Shown piece after piece: positions 36,831 through 50,288 of a stretch of DNA of 64,000 bases. Below the pieces are notes generated by a model that saw nothing but the letters and a program-made list of their open reading frames with translations, ran no database searches and was not told the DNA's origin. Position 1 is the stretch's first letter, and every line of letters starts with the position of its first letter. Source of the DNA: Tricharina praecox (lineage: Eukaryota); contig NW_026250413.1 in the NCBI RefSeq assembly GCF_024521635.1, positions 744,001 through 808,000 on the forward strand. The letters are read 5' to 3'. A program made the translations under genes and the position numbers.

Positions 36831-39141
36831 GCGGGCGAGCGTGCGTTTGAGTGCCAGTTTGGTTTTTGCGGTCCTGCTCTGTGGACTGTACGGTATTGTA
36901 GGGAGAGGTGGATAGAGGTCGGAAAGTTGGCGGGGTCGCAGGTGGGGAGGTCGTGCTGACAAATGGGCGGTCAGGAAGTGTGATTAAGTAACCATTAGAT
37001 AGCACGTGTACATATATAGATACGGACTTCCTGGTCCCCAGGAGATCCGTTCCCGGGTAGTTAACAGGTGCGTACTTGGTGCTAGTGCTGGCTAACAAGG
37101 TAAGCACCCATGTGACGATGAGTGCATCTCAATCCAATCCATAATGTTCCTTGACCTTGACGTTGAAGCGCAACTGTACACTGCACGCTGAACGGGGTGG
37201 TGGGGGGTGGGGTGGGGCGTTAACGCCGATGGACCAGATACCCGTGCGGTCCGCTCGAACATCAATGTGGAGGCAGCGCAGGTTTAAAGCGGGAGGAGGA
37301 GGTCAGCGAGACGATGAAAGCCCGCAGTGTTTAGGTATTACATATCATACCTGATTGAAACGGCATCGCACTCACTCAAGGAGTCAAGGTATGTCCAAGT
37401 ATATATGGGAGGTTGCCACGTAGGCTGTGTATACGAGTAGTAGGCGTCATCAAACTGCTGAAGCCTGAAGTTGAACCAGCCTTCTATGTATCATACTCCA
37501 GATACATATGATACATATGATACATACTGTCTCGGGACATACATCCACAAGCCCAAGTTCCAACCGTAACCCCGCACCGTGTGTGGGGGAGGAGTGCCAC
37601 AACCTCACCAGCCACACTTCACCCAAGATGCATGCATCGCCTGTGATCGTGGCAGGATCGATGTACTGTACATTAGTTTGTGTCGCAATTCCGATCGGAT
37701 AGGTAGGGAGGAGTCAACTCTATTTTCCCCCTCCTTCCCCGAGAGTGGATGGACGGAAGCGTTTTCCGGACGGGACAGGGTGATTTTCCGCCTGAGCTGC
37801 ATCAAGGTATCGGGTGGGGCGTCTGAATCAGTGGTTGGGTTGGGTTGGGCTGGGGTTCGGATAGCGGATTCGAATCGTGCGAACCAGACGTGGGAGCTTG
37901 ACCGACCGAACGGACTCCGGTGGCAGGAAGCTATACAGTACGAGGAAAGGACAGGAGTCCGAGGTTCGATCACGGTGTCTCCGAGACGTCGCGGCGGAAT
38001 GGCATGTCCCTACATACCTACATACGCGCAGAACCGGATGTGCGCGTGCGTGAGTGCGTGGGAAAAGCAACCCTTGGTAGAGAAGCAACGGCCATGCGAT
38101 GCGGGATTCATCACCATGCAGATTGTGGGAGCCAACTCTGGTTTTTTTGGTTGTAATCATCTGTTGCATTCGACCTTACCAGACCATGGCAGTTGTTCCA
38201 CATATCCGGTTCACCCCCCCTCAGGGTGCAGTCCGTGCCGAGCCCCCGTCCATCCTCCGCATATACTTGGCACTAGATATGATGGTTCGATCGGAAAGTC
38301 CAACATCTCGTTCCCGACGCCCGTTCCTATCGGGGGCTCCGCCTCTCGTTCTGCTCCTCTTTCCCCCCGAGGCCAAGGCTCTCGAAGCTTCGGCCCTGGC
38401 TCTTACACATGCATCCCAGTCCATCGATGAATTCGAGGCCCCAACTCTGGCTCCAACTCTGGCTCGCTTAGCACCAGCAGACACATCACCTGCACGTCGA
38501 GTGACGACCCGTGTGTGAGTTCCTGCGTCGATCGCATGCTGAATGGGAAGGAATGGGCGTGCCATCACTGCGAGACATTTCCGTTGCATGCGGCGGAGGG
38601 AATGATGATATGTCTGTATGATACGAAGACAGCAGCCCCAGAAGGTCCAACTCTGCCCACCAGCCTACACCAGGGTGGCCATGCTGCCTAGAGTATCTAC
38701 GGTACCTACCGTAGAGCGGGTATGTGTGTAGTCAACTCTAGAGTAAGTGGCTCCCTGCTTACCTAGTCCATTCCTGCCCTGTCCGGGGTCGGAGTCGAGT
38801 TCCTTGGGCTGCTGCTGCAGCCTGCGGGCGGGAGGACCGCACTGGTGACGTCAGTCACACACATAAATATCAATGGCCCAACAGCCCGTGGCGGCAGCCG
38901 GCTCTTTTTTCGCGGGTCAATCGATCGCAACAACCAGAGATATACACACAGACTTACTTACTTATACACTCACATTCATACCAGCTCCCCTATCGTGAGC
39001 AAGCGTAGCGAACACCGAAAGCGTACAAACGGCGAATCGTAAACACACACACGGAAAGAGGAACGGCAAGTGGAAGTGGAAGAGGAAGAGAAGAAGAAGA
39101 AGGAACCCGAAGCTCACATCACCCTGTCCCCTCCTCGGCTG

Positions 39142-42100
39142 ATGCAGGAACCGAATAGAGGGCAACAGCCGCTCCACAGCGCCGCAGCTCCCACAGCCTC
39201 CCGAACAAATGCTTCTCACGCCGCCGAAGCCATGTCGAATAATCCCACCGGCAGTAGCACTGGCACTGGCTCCGTAGCTGGAGACGCATTGACAGCGGCA
39301 CACCAGGCCAGCCGCAAGAGGAGATCGTTCCAGAGCAGAAGGAAGGAGAGGTCTTGCGATTCGTGCAAGCTTAGGAAGACAAGGGTGGGTATATTGGGGT
39401 TCTCCAGGTGAATGGGAACCGTCCCCTCGTTCTGATGGTCGTTGGGGGCTGTTGGGCTGAGATATCGGTTTCTGCCAGTGCGATGCGAGAGAAAACGAGC
39501 CGTGCTCGGCGTGTTTGGCAGCCAAGTTGTCGTGTACATTCTCCTCTCCGGACCACGAGGGAAGGAAGATGGGGCCTACCAGGTGTGTAGCAATTACCTT
39601 CCCTCTCCCTCCCCTCCCCTCCCCGTCCGGTCAGCACATGTTGAATCGATCGGTCACATAGGCGAATACGCGAGCTGGAAAGGACAGTAGAAGAACTCAC
39701 TCGAAAGCTGGATCTGGCCGAGCAACGGCATCGAAAATATTCGGCTCAGGATGATGGTGTATCGCAGGATGAAAACTACGCTTTGGCCTCACCCATGGGG
39801 AGCTTTTCCGACAGCCCTTCGAATACGCTGCATACGGGTCGAGGTTCCAGCAGTCGGCATGGACGACCGAGTTCTCGAATATCTCCCGGCGAGAGCGATT
39901 CCGGCCCACAGAATCGGTCTTCACCCGCCGGGTCCGCTCTTGCCAGCCGGAGGGGATACGATTGGAACTACGATTCGCCGCCGAACGGTCCCACGGATTC
40001 GGCGCAGGTAACATGGAATCCAAACATTTTTGGCCCCGGGTCGGCTCCGCAATTCATCGATTCGTATAAGCAATACCTCCAACGCCAGGGCTTGTACGCA
40101 CAGCACATCTCCGGGGAACAGGCGAATATGTACGAGAAGACCGAGCAAGTCCCCCTTCTGTCCGATGTCGCCGGCTCACGTGGAGGCCCCGAACTCGACC
40201 TGAGGGTATATTTGCCGGCTCGGACATTGGCGAACCGCCTCTTGGAGGCATTCCGGGTGACCATTCAGAACTACAAGCCGTTATTCTACTGGCCCATACT
40301 GGAACGGAAGTTTGAGAGGGCGTGGTCATCGCCGATGATGGAGGGCGATGAGCAGGTCGTCCGCGAGGTGTTTTGTGTGGTGATGACGGTTTTGTCGGTG
40401 GGCGCACAGCTGGTCAAGGTCGAAGAGATGTTTCCTGTTGGAACTGGTTCCCAAAGCATCTCGCAGGAGCGGTGAGTACATACATCGCACAATCTTGGCC
40501 CCCTGATACGGAAGCTCATTCTATCAGTCACGGATGGAAGTTCTTTGAGCTGGCTCGACGATATATGAACCTCAACAACCCGGTCTACACACTCGAGGAT
40601 GCTACAGGTGCGATGCCCCCCGTCGTCTGGATGTATGCAGATAATCTAACGAGACCGCAGTCTTGCTCCTCATGTCATTGTATCTGGACAAAGCAACGCT
40701 TCCATCACCCTGCTGGATGATCTGCGGAGCCATGGCCCGAGTCTGCCAGGACATAGGCCTGCACCGACAACCCCCCGTTGGAAAATTCACCAACGTGCAG
40801 CTCGAATGCCGCGTTCGACTATTCTGGGTAGCCTATATCCAAGACAAGCGTATCAGCATGAAGATGGGCCGACCATGCATCCTCCGCGAAGAAGACTGCA
40901 ACATCATGTACCCCGGTGTGATGGACAGCACTGGTATTGGAACGGCATTGCTCTGTCCGCAGATCACGGACGTGCCGGTGGGTGGGTTGCCGAAGGAGTC
41001 TCCGGACGTTATACACCACAAGGCGGTTGCCCGGAGGGCGCTCGAGACTTTGACTGCTGCGATCGGGGTGTGCAAAGTGGTCGAGAAGATTCTGGGCCAT
41101 AGGTTCAAAACCGGGGAGAGTCCGGATAAGCAGATGCACAGGATGAAGCAGCTCAAAGATGAGCTCACCGAGTACTGGAAGACCATACCGCAGGATCTGG
41201 CCAACCCGCAGCTCACCACCGCTCTGGACCTACCATCGGTTCGAGGTATCTACTGCCCTCAACCATTTGTACTGATTGCATACTAACTGGGCAGTCGTCT
41301 TCATCGCCCAACACGCACGCCTAATCCTCTTCCGGCACTTTACTGACTCCAACGCAACCCGTTCCTTCACCCCCGAGCTCCTAAACTACTGCCTGCAAGA
41401 GTCTATAGAAGTCTCTGTGACGACTGCACGTCTTCTGCGGCGTGCCAAACTCCACCCTGCCTTCAACGACGACTTCGGCGTGGTCACGGACGATCTGGTA
41501 CACCTGCACACCTTCCGGGTCGCCGTGATCCTCCTCCTCGCACTGGAAATGCACTCTCCCGCTGTCAGCCCAGACGACCTCGACGTGTGCCTCAGCACGC
41601 TGCAGGCAATCGCTCGGGTGCACATCACCGGGCGGAGGTATGGGCGATCCCCTCCCCACAACTAATCACATCAGCCACTCTGACCGCGCTCAGGTTTCTG
41701 CAGCTATTCAAGCAATTCGCCAGCCTCTTCGGGCACCCCTCAGCGCTGGTCGAAATCCCATTCGAGCACAAAACGGGCATATCGAATCCTACCTCCTCGG
41801 CGACGGCACCACCACCCTCCACAGGCCCACCCGCAGACTGGTCGTCCTACCCCCTAGCCCACAGCCACGGCCACAGCCACGGGGGGTACACCACTAATAA
41901 CTCAGATGAGTGTAGGCGTTCGTTCCCAGCTGTTGTCGGAAGTTGCTACTACTCATGGGAGAGCCTGCTGACGCGCCAGCAAGCCACAGCACGAATCATG
42001 CCCGTTGTCCCGCACGAGCAGCCGCCGCCCGCTGCTGGTACTGCTGCTGCTCAGCAATTGCCAACCCTCGGCCCGGAAGTCCTCGATAGAATCAATTCGG

Positions 42101-42186
42101 GTGACTGGGGCGGCTTTCAGGATATCCTCCAGTGGGACCGCAGCTTCGAGGCGTATCTGGGCGGCGGCGCGGATAATATCTTTTAA
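39142..42186 (+). CDS. Zn(II)2Cys6 transcription factor with fungal-specific TF domain, ~7-8 exons; start uncertain (39142 or 39232)
   Basis: SCDSCKLRKTR|CD.....CSAC......C zinc cluster split by an intron; ARVCQDIGLH, RVRLFWVAYIQDK.IS..MGRP middle homology region. Confidence 0.9.
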
Positions 42187-42716
42187 TGTCGTTTTTTCTT
42201 TGGGGGAGGATGCTTTTTAGGAATGGGGAGGGGAGGGAAGGGGGGGATGGGATAGGATGGGAGGGGGAGCGGAACTTGGATGGCATATTCGTTTTAAGAT
42301 TAGTAATGACAATAAAGGGCAATGGCAATGGCACTCAAGAGTGCTTTATTCTATACTGCCGCCTGCAAGTCTGTAAGTACATCAGGGAAGGGAAGGGGGA
42401 GATAACTGCTCCAAGCCCACCGCCATGATGTTTGCTTCAACCCTTCAATCCCCCAATCCGTGTTTTCCGCCAGGGTATACGTTGCGTTTCCATACTGGCC
42501 AGCCAGCCAGCCAGGTACCGACCGTTACAACGGATGATATTACCCCTCGAGTTCCTCTTCCTCGCACCCCCTTCATCTCCATCTCCACACCCACTCCCTC
42601 GCTTACAATGCAATGAAAAGGGGCCCTTTCCCCTTCCCTTCCGTCCCCACACAGCCCTGCTCTGCCCTGCCGAGCTCCAAGCTCCAAGTTAGAGTACCTA
42701 GTACCGACCGGTAAGT

Positions 42717-42785
42717 ATGTTTCACCGAAAACTCACGCGAGATATACCTACTCCGCATGTTTCACCGAAACCCACGCGAGATATA
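42717..42785. repeat. Direct repeat, 2 x ~30 bp, period 40
   Basis: ATGTTTCACCGAAAACTCACGCGAGATATA / ATGTTTCACCGAAACCCACGCGAGATATA. Confidence 0.85.
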
Positions 42786-43287
42786 GTTGCCCAGGTACTT
42801 ACTCTATATGAGGGGAGTGGGAGGGGGGGCATCGGCCGTAAGATAGGATGAACCACCGGCCCCGTGCCTCGTGCCGATAAGCGAGCCTTGGGGGAGCTTG
42901 GGGGAGCTTGGAACCGGGAAGGAAGGACTTGGAACTGGGAAGAAAGGAAGTTGCCGTGATCCGGGTTCAAATCTTAAGGAAATGTCCGAGGTACGGAACT
43001 GTGTACCTATAGGCATTGGGCGGTCATGGTCCACCATCACCATCACTCTCATCATCAACGATTATGCGCAGCGCAAAGTAGATAGTAGTAGTTTGAAGGG
43101 CGGAGGTATGTATCCAAGTATCCAAGTAGAGTAGATATTGTCCCCAGCCGGTCGTCTGGAGTCTGGAGTCGTGCGAAACAGAGAAAAGAAAAAGGAAAGC
43201 AATACGCGACGCTCCCATCCCGCCCTTGATGAAACCAACAACCACCTATCCCACGTGGATACGTACGGGCACGGACAACGAGCGAGA

Positions 43288-44724
43288 TCACATCTCCTCC
43301 AGATCCTCGAGCTCGAGATCATTGACCTCCGGGAAATCGCCGATCTCGACCCTGTCCGGCCGCACGAAGCTGCCGTGCTTCGGCTTGCACGAGAAGTAGG
43401 CCTTGCCCTGTATGCTGCCATCGTTCTTGCCTTCTGGTAATCAGCCGACGCCAACACCACAAACACCACCCATAGAAACGGAATGCATACCAGTGGGCTC
43501 ATCGCCCTCCACGCCTACCCACACACCTCCCGCGGGGATCTCCTCGACCTCACCGACATATCTCACGGTGCCCCTTCTCCCCTCCTTCCCGCCGACCAAG
43601 CACCTCTTCCCGACCTCAATCCCCTTCGCCTTCGTCTCGCGCCAGAGACGTTCGTGCGCCGCGTCTTTCTCGGCGTCGGTCTGCGCCTGCTTCGTGGTGT
43701 CGAAGCGTCCCAGCTGGTTGCGCTCCTTCCACGCCCGCACCGAGTCGGAGCGCTTCTCGTATTGCTCCACCGGCATCTCCCATTTTGTGATTTCGGACAC
43801 GTCGGTCAGGTTCAGGCGCGACGAGGGCGGGCGGAGGTCGGTTACCTGGTGGGGGTTTGGGGTCAGGGAAATGGAATTGAAGAACAAGTGATGCAAGGGA
43901 GGGTGGGAGCGAGGCGGAAAAATATCACAGAAGATGATTATTGTGGGGAGAAGGGGTACGGTGCGAATGAAGCATGCAAACATGGGGGAAACGAGCATGG
44001 GAAGGAAGCAAATATGCCACACTCAGTGTCACTCAGCATGCGCCAGCCAGCCAGCCAGGCATGGGTGCTTGATTGCTCTCTCTCTCGAGGTTACACGACC
44101 AGGTAGGAGTGGAGTGGAGTGGAGTATGAAGCGGGATGGGAATTTAGGATTGCGATGGAAGAAGGAAGTTTGAGGGCGCGGCGGGCTGCGGCGGAGAGAG
44201 AGAGAGAAAGGGCGGATGCATAGCTTGCATTTGCATGGGAAATCATTGCGTGCGTGCGATGCATGCATGCATGTATGCTCCCATCGACTTTCTTTCTTTC
44301 CGTTCCAGCACCCCCCTCGCATCGCCTCCCCAAAAACAAAAGGGCGGAAAGCAGCTCGCCCGATAATCCGCCTTCTCTCCTCTCCCTCATATGCCTCGTT
44401 CGCGGTGGTCCTCCTCTCCTCTCCTCTCCTCTCCCCTCCTCCCAGTGCAGAGTTCATTCAACGTACATGTATCTCGGCATAAGCCTGCAACGGCCAGCCC
44501 GCCAGGGTGGTCGCATCCTCGTCCTCAGCGGTAATCGGAATTGGCTGGGGAGCGTGCGGTAGCCGCAGCGTGAGCTGCTGCGACGACGGCGGGATCCCCG
44601 TGATCGGCAGCAGCTTGCTCTTCAGCGTCGAGATGGTCCACGACGGATTCACGCGTCGCTCCGAGGAGGAGACGTCCGAGTTGATCAGGACGGTTATGTC
44701 GGCGGCTGTTTGGAGGATGGACAT
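43288..44724 (-). CDS. ALF1: Tubulin-folding cofactor B (ubiquitin-like plus CAP-Gly), 3 exons, first intron 621 nt (43846-44466)
   Basis: [31 protein letters not shown]...[32 protein letters not shown]; acidic EEM end. Confidence 0.93.
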
Positions 44725-46054
44725 TGCTGCTGCTATCGGGGGGAGCGGCGAGGTGCGGTGGCGGTGGTGGTTTCGGCGGTGGTGGTGGTGATGGTGGTTT
44801 CGGCGGTTTCGGTGGTGGTGGTGGTCGATGAGCTGCAGATGGAATCTGGGTTGTTCACTGTGCAGTGCGGGAGGTGCGTGATGACGACGAAATAGCGGGG
44901 GCACCCCACTACTCCCCAAACTACTCCAGCAAACCGGAACCGAAGCGAAACCCAGCCCAACCCAAACCGAGCCGACCGTGACGCGGGAAACAAGCTTGTC
45001 GCTTATCCGCCAGCGAAACAACAACAACATCAGTATTATCACTTTTACTACAACCGCAACCACCACCAGTTCCTCGATGCGCAACCTGTTCCATCTGTTC
45101 CTTCACTCGCATGTCCACAGCTCGCACCCGCACACCCGCACACTCAGGGATAGGGCATAAGCACCCCCCGTACCGTATTGCACCGCATACCCGCACTGGC
45201 AGACTGGCACCCGCACCCACACACTTACCCGCACCCGCAGCCGCACCCCGCAAGAGAATCCGGCAAGTACAACTCTTTGCTCCTCCTCCTCCTGCTCCTC
45301 GTTCTTCCATCTGGTGCGCTCGCGCGGCCGCCCGCCGCCGGCCACGTACGAGAAGCCAGAAATCACAATGTCCTCGCGGTCCCCCCAAGAGCAGGAGCAG
45401 GCTCAGACGAAAGCCGACAGCTTCCGGACACGACAGGACTGGATAGGATAGGACAGTGCCCTTGCGTGGCACTCCGCCACATAGGTATGAGGTAGGTACT
45501 CTCCCCACAAGTGGCCACACGGGCGAAGGCAACACAAGCCCACACGCGCAAGCCACAGTGTCCTTATCTAGAGTACCTTTTTTCTTCTTTCCTTTCTTTC
45601 TTACTTGCGCAGGTCTGTACGCACAGTACAGTGTATTGTACATACGCTACGGTAGATACATCTTACATCCCTTGCGCCTCCGGAAAATAATCATCTCCGT
45701 ACATACAGACTTGGTTACTTCTTTCTTACTTACTTAATAATTCCCCGAGCCACCTTCTGCATGCAGGCGGTTCCTGCAGACGATCCACCACCCATCCATA
45801 CGCAACCCAACCACAACCCGGCAGGGCCCAGAGCGAGAACACTGTGGCTGATGGCTGATGCGAACCAGAAGGCGCGAGACGTGGCAGCTTTCTGGACATG
45901 GACAAGCTCGCCGCATCAGCATCAGCAGCATCAGCGGCAGTAACAGACGATGAGTGACTGGGAGGGACGGCGAAAGAAAAGAAAAGAAAAGAAAAGAGCA
46001 GGTTTTTGACTGTGAGTGAGTCAACGGGCGCAGATGGGGTACTGGTTAACTAGT

Positions 46055-46122
46055 ACTGGGACTGGGACTGGGACTGGCTACATAGGAGACAAGACCAGAC
46101 AAGACCAGACAAGACCAGACAA
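46055..46122. repeat. (ACTGGG)n and (CAAGACCAGA)3 short tandem repeats
   Basis: Visible directly in the sequence. Confidence 0.8.
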
Positions 46123-47792
46123 AACCACGACGGGTGTTCGCACGTCCTGCCCACAGGTGGGTGTACGCACGCACTCGTCCGTCGTCCGTCCGTTCTACGT
46201 GCTCTACGTGCGTATAGAGTACCTAGGTTGTAGGTAGTAGGGAGGCGACTGTGCTTACTAGCAGTGTCCTCTTCTTCCTTCGAGGAACGTCTTACTCTGC
46301 TCCGCTTCACATTAACATTTACTGGTTGGATATAGCCAGAGTGGGGTGGAGTATCTTCACATATACCCTACATACGTCGATATCACGCCTGATCAGTAGT
46401 CAATAGTAGATATGCTGCTTAGCCAGCCTTCGCTTACTCCCTTGCTCAACCATATATGGTGCGACCAGCGCCACGATCCAGATTTTGACGACATCGACTT
46501 CCCGTTGCCCATCCCTTCTTTCCGTCCATCCACCCTTCCTTTGATCCAGCCATTCATCCCTTCCTCCCTCCCTCCTTAGCCTGGTGTGGGGGGATGGGAT
46601 GGGAGGGATGGGGATATCGCCCAGCAGCTCCTTGGATCTTGGACCGTGGACCTTGGGGGCGGATCGGCCGGAGTCTTTGGTCTTGTTGCTTTTTCTTTTT
46701 TCGCTTTTCTCGTACTGGTTGGAAGTGTGAACTAGAGTACTGGAGCTTTGTTGGGGCGATTGTGCTCGCACTCGCACTCATATGTTCACGAACCAGTGGA
46801 AAGTAAATGATTGAATGATTGGCATGCCTCCGGAGTCCAACTGTGATTGAACGAACTCCCCTCCCCCAACCCAAGACTCAAGACTGAACCTCAAGGCCGA
46901 GCTCCCCCCACCCCCTATGCTAGAGTAGGAGAGTACGCAGTCCTAGGTGTAGGTACTGCGTAAACCCCCCTTCAACCCCCAGATCAGCGCCGGAGAGGCT
47001 CGGGACCGCCTGGCCTAGCTGGCTGGTTCATGTTTACGCACGCCGCAATCACAGCTCCCAGTAGGAGGAGGATGGGATGAGACTGGCAACCAAGTATCGA
47101 TCAACCAACCAGTTGATAACAGAAACCCCGGGGCATCCATTCACTGGACGATTCACTGGACCGAGTTCCAGTCGAGTTCTAGAATAGTACTGTATCGCCA
47201 GACAGCCAGACAGCCCGGTGGATGGATGGGCTCAAATATTGGTAGGTATACTATATAAACTTGTCTAATACGCTATAATGCCCCCTCGTCGATTACTGCC
47301 GGATGCCACTCGCGCCTCCTCCAGTGTCCACCCCCCGTCCCCCCACCACCACCAGTACCACCCATTACCACCCCAGCCAGTAGAGTAACTGCGACTCTGC
47401 GCGCGCCCTCCCTAGGAGCCAGAACCATGTTGCAGTTGCCATTGCAGTTGCTATTAGGGTAGCGGTAGCGGGCCCAAACAACGGCGTGGGCAGCGCCTTC
47501 GTCTTCGTCGAGAATAAGGAATAAGGCAGAAGATAGCTATATAAGACTGAGCCCACCCCCCTCCTGAGGATAGAAGTAGTACAGTACAGTACAGTACATG
47601 ACGACGCACCCACATCTTTCCCAAGATCCAAGAACAGAACTACCGTTCCACCCCCCACTCCATATATCTACCGTTTCTATAATAGCACTTCACTTCACCC
47701 CACCCTCCTGTTTGATAAGTCGGCTCCGTCAGGCCCGATTCCCCCCCCCCCAGACCGCAGCACTGGCATCAATCCAATCGCTCCTGTGCTCG

Positions 47793-48502
47793 ATGTCTCC
47801 TCCACCGAAGGAGCACTCAGCAGCGCAGACGTCCGAAGAAGAGTGCGGCGGCGGCGGAGGCGGCGGCGGCGGGGCAACATCCCTCTCCTCACCGACGACA
47901 TTGAAGCGGCCGCTCGCGCCAAAGGCGGCGAACTCGCCGTCGAAGAAGCAGACGAAATGGACGCCGGAGGAGGACGCGCTGATCATTGAGCTGCGCGGGA
48001 GAGGCGAGAAGTGGGAGGAGATCAGTAAACGCCTCCCCGGCAGGTCCGCGCTGTCGTGTAGACTGCACTATCAAAACTACCTGGAGCGCAGGCCGGAGTG
48101 GAATGAGGAGAAGAAGGATCGACTGGCTAGGCTTTATGAGAGGTTTGTTCTCCCCCCCCTCCCCGGATGGTGTTTGGTGGTGGTGGTGTGTGGTGGTGCC
48201 CGATGCTGACGATGACCCCCAGGTTCAAATCCGAGATGTGGCAGATGGTCGCCAAGGAGATGGAGATCCCGTGGCGGGCGGCGGAGGCGATGCACTGGCA
48301 GATGGGCGAGGTGGAGATGGCGCGGCGAGCGGGCGTCGTCCCGTTTTCGCAGAGCAGCGTGGCCATCGACGCACCGCGGAGGCGTGGCACCGTCAGTTCC
48401 GGCAGCAGCAGTTCTGCCCACACCAACACCACCAACACCACCAGCAGCCGGCCCAAGAGCGCGAGTCCCGTCGATGAAGCCGGTGGTTCCCGTGCGAAAT
48501 AG
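47793..48502 (+). CDS. Small Myb/SANT-domain DNA-binding protein, intron 48143-48222
   Basis: KWTPEEDALIIELRG.G.KWEEISKRLPGRSA.SCRLHYQNYLERR.EW; LYERFK.EMW..VA.EM.IPWRAAEAMHW. Confidence 0.92.
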
Positions 48503-49100
48503 TTCCGTCCAAGACAGACGGACAGAAGCTTAGATTGGGCGTGAATTTGCGGACTATACACGGCGAAACTTGCTTTTTGGAGAGGGGGGGTAATTCATAT
48601 AGGTTGGATCTTGGAGTGATATGTTTGTTTTGTTTCCTTTTCTTCATTCGGCTTTCCCGACTGTTATTTCCCTTCATATCATTATTATCGGCGGTGGTGG
48701 TGGTGGTGGCGGGCGAGGTTAGGGGTGTTTGTTTGGTCCTTCCTAAGTATAGAATGTGAATGTCTTGAATGTTACTTGGTTGCATTTTCTGCCCCCCCGT
48801 TCTGTCTGCATGTAACTTAAATAATGACGTATGAGTGGATGGAAGATACTGGCAGTTGATATCAGATATAAATCACTTACACGCGAAGAAGAAGAAAAAA
48901 TATATAATGGCCCTGCTATGTACCTCGTGGGATTTTGGCGAGATTCTCCGATGGGAGGCATGCACTTGCAGCTCTGCAGCTCTCAGGTCTGGGGTGCATC
49001 CCGCCGCCGCGCCGCGATTATGCACGTCATCATCTCATTATAGGCGAAACTTGAAGAGTAGATGCTTGCTTGCTTTGTGTGCTTTGGGCTGTTCTGTGCT

Positions 49101-50288
49101 TCATCCAAGGATCCCGCAGATGGCCCACCAATTATCCTTCTCATAGCCCGACTCAATCACATATCCACCAGCACCAACCACGTCCGCCTCCAGCTCACCT
49201 TGGCGGTAAAGGTGGTAGTAACGTTGATAGGTAGTCGTCGTCTCGTTTGGTGGTGGTGCTGCTGCTGGTGCTGCGAGACCCTCGCTGCGGACCTGATCGC
49301 CATTGACTGGCGAGGTTCCGGGTCCCTCCGCTGTTGGGTTGTTCCCAGCACCAGCAGCAGCACCAGAACCAACATACTGCTTCGACAGGACCCAAGGCAC
49401 GAACACATCCTGACTATGCCCCTTGTCCCATCCGCGCCGCGAGTTCTTCTGCTCGAGCGCCCAAACATATATCAAAGCCCTTCCGCCGTCGCCGGGAGTG
49501 GTGCTTCGTCGGAGCGTGCCAAGAATACTCTTGATCGAAGCCACCCGTCGCTCCGTGGACGAGAAGTGGTGGATCACGGCAATGCTAATCGCGAAGTCGA
49601 AGCGCCCCGCCGGGTGCGGAAGGTCGAGTGCATCCGCCATGAACGCCTCGTGGATTTTGCGGTCGTGCGCTATCCGCACGAGGTTCGACGATCTGTTGCA
49701 TACCGGTCAATTACCAATTGAACCAATTGAGCACACACCGAACAGGTGGGGTGGGGGCAATGTTTGTTGCATTGTGTTGGGTCGAGTTGGGTTGCGAAAA
49801 CATACCTGTCCGATCCAATCATAAACACGTTGGGATTGACGGTAAGGTATTTTCCATTTCCGCAGCCCACATCTAATCCGATCGAAGCAGTGGGCAGCTC
49901 GCGGAGAAACCGCTCGACAATTGGCCACGGCTAGATAGGAGAGGCTGTTAGTTTGGACGCTGCCCGACAGGTGGTAAAACCATGCACCAACTGGCCAGCC
50001 AGCAGCCAGCCAGAGGGATATGCAGAACATTGGGCCCAAGCGTGTCGATTCGGAGTGGCAGGACGCCGCGGATCGACAGAACCACAATGCATTGGCCGTG
50101 TGGACTCTGCGCCGGGTAGGGGGGAGGGGCGGGGCGAGGAGAGGAGCAGAAAAGGAGGTGCTCAGCAGTGATTGGAGGCGTACCTTGAAGCGCGTTGCCG
50201 AAAAGTGCGAGGCTATGTGTTGATAGACCTCGTGGACATGCTCGGATTCGTACCGTTCGGGGGCCACTGGAGGCGTCCGAGTGGCCAT
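49101..50288 (-). CDS. TRM9: tRNA wobble-uridine (mcm5U) methyltransferase Trm9, 3 exons
   Basis: YE.EHVHEVYQ.IASHFS.TRFK|PWPIVERFL, DVGCGNGKY, ISIAVIHH.S..ERR, YVWALEQ, RYYHLY..GEL, YEKDNWW. Confidence 0.95.

Noticed and set aside
36115-42186. DsbA-like gene plus Zn2Cys6 TF as part of a metabolic gene cluster
   Set aside because: No backbone enzyme, tailoring genes or transporter nearby; neighbours are housekeeping genes.
42710-42718. ATACTTACC on the minus strand resembling the U1 snRNA 5' end
   Set aside because: No U1-70K or U1A loops and no Sm site follow.
42717-42785. 30-bp direct repeats as a CRISPR-like array
   Set aside because: Eukaryotic genome, only two copies and a 10-bp spacer; a simple local duplication.
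49041-49103. TRM9 stop read-through extension ending FRL*
   Set aside because: No TGA-CTA read-through context, and FRL is not a canonical PTS1.
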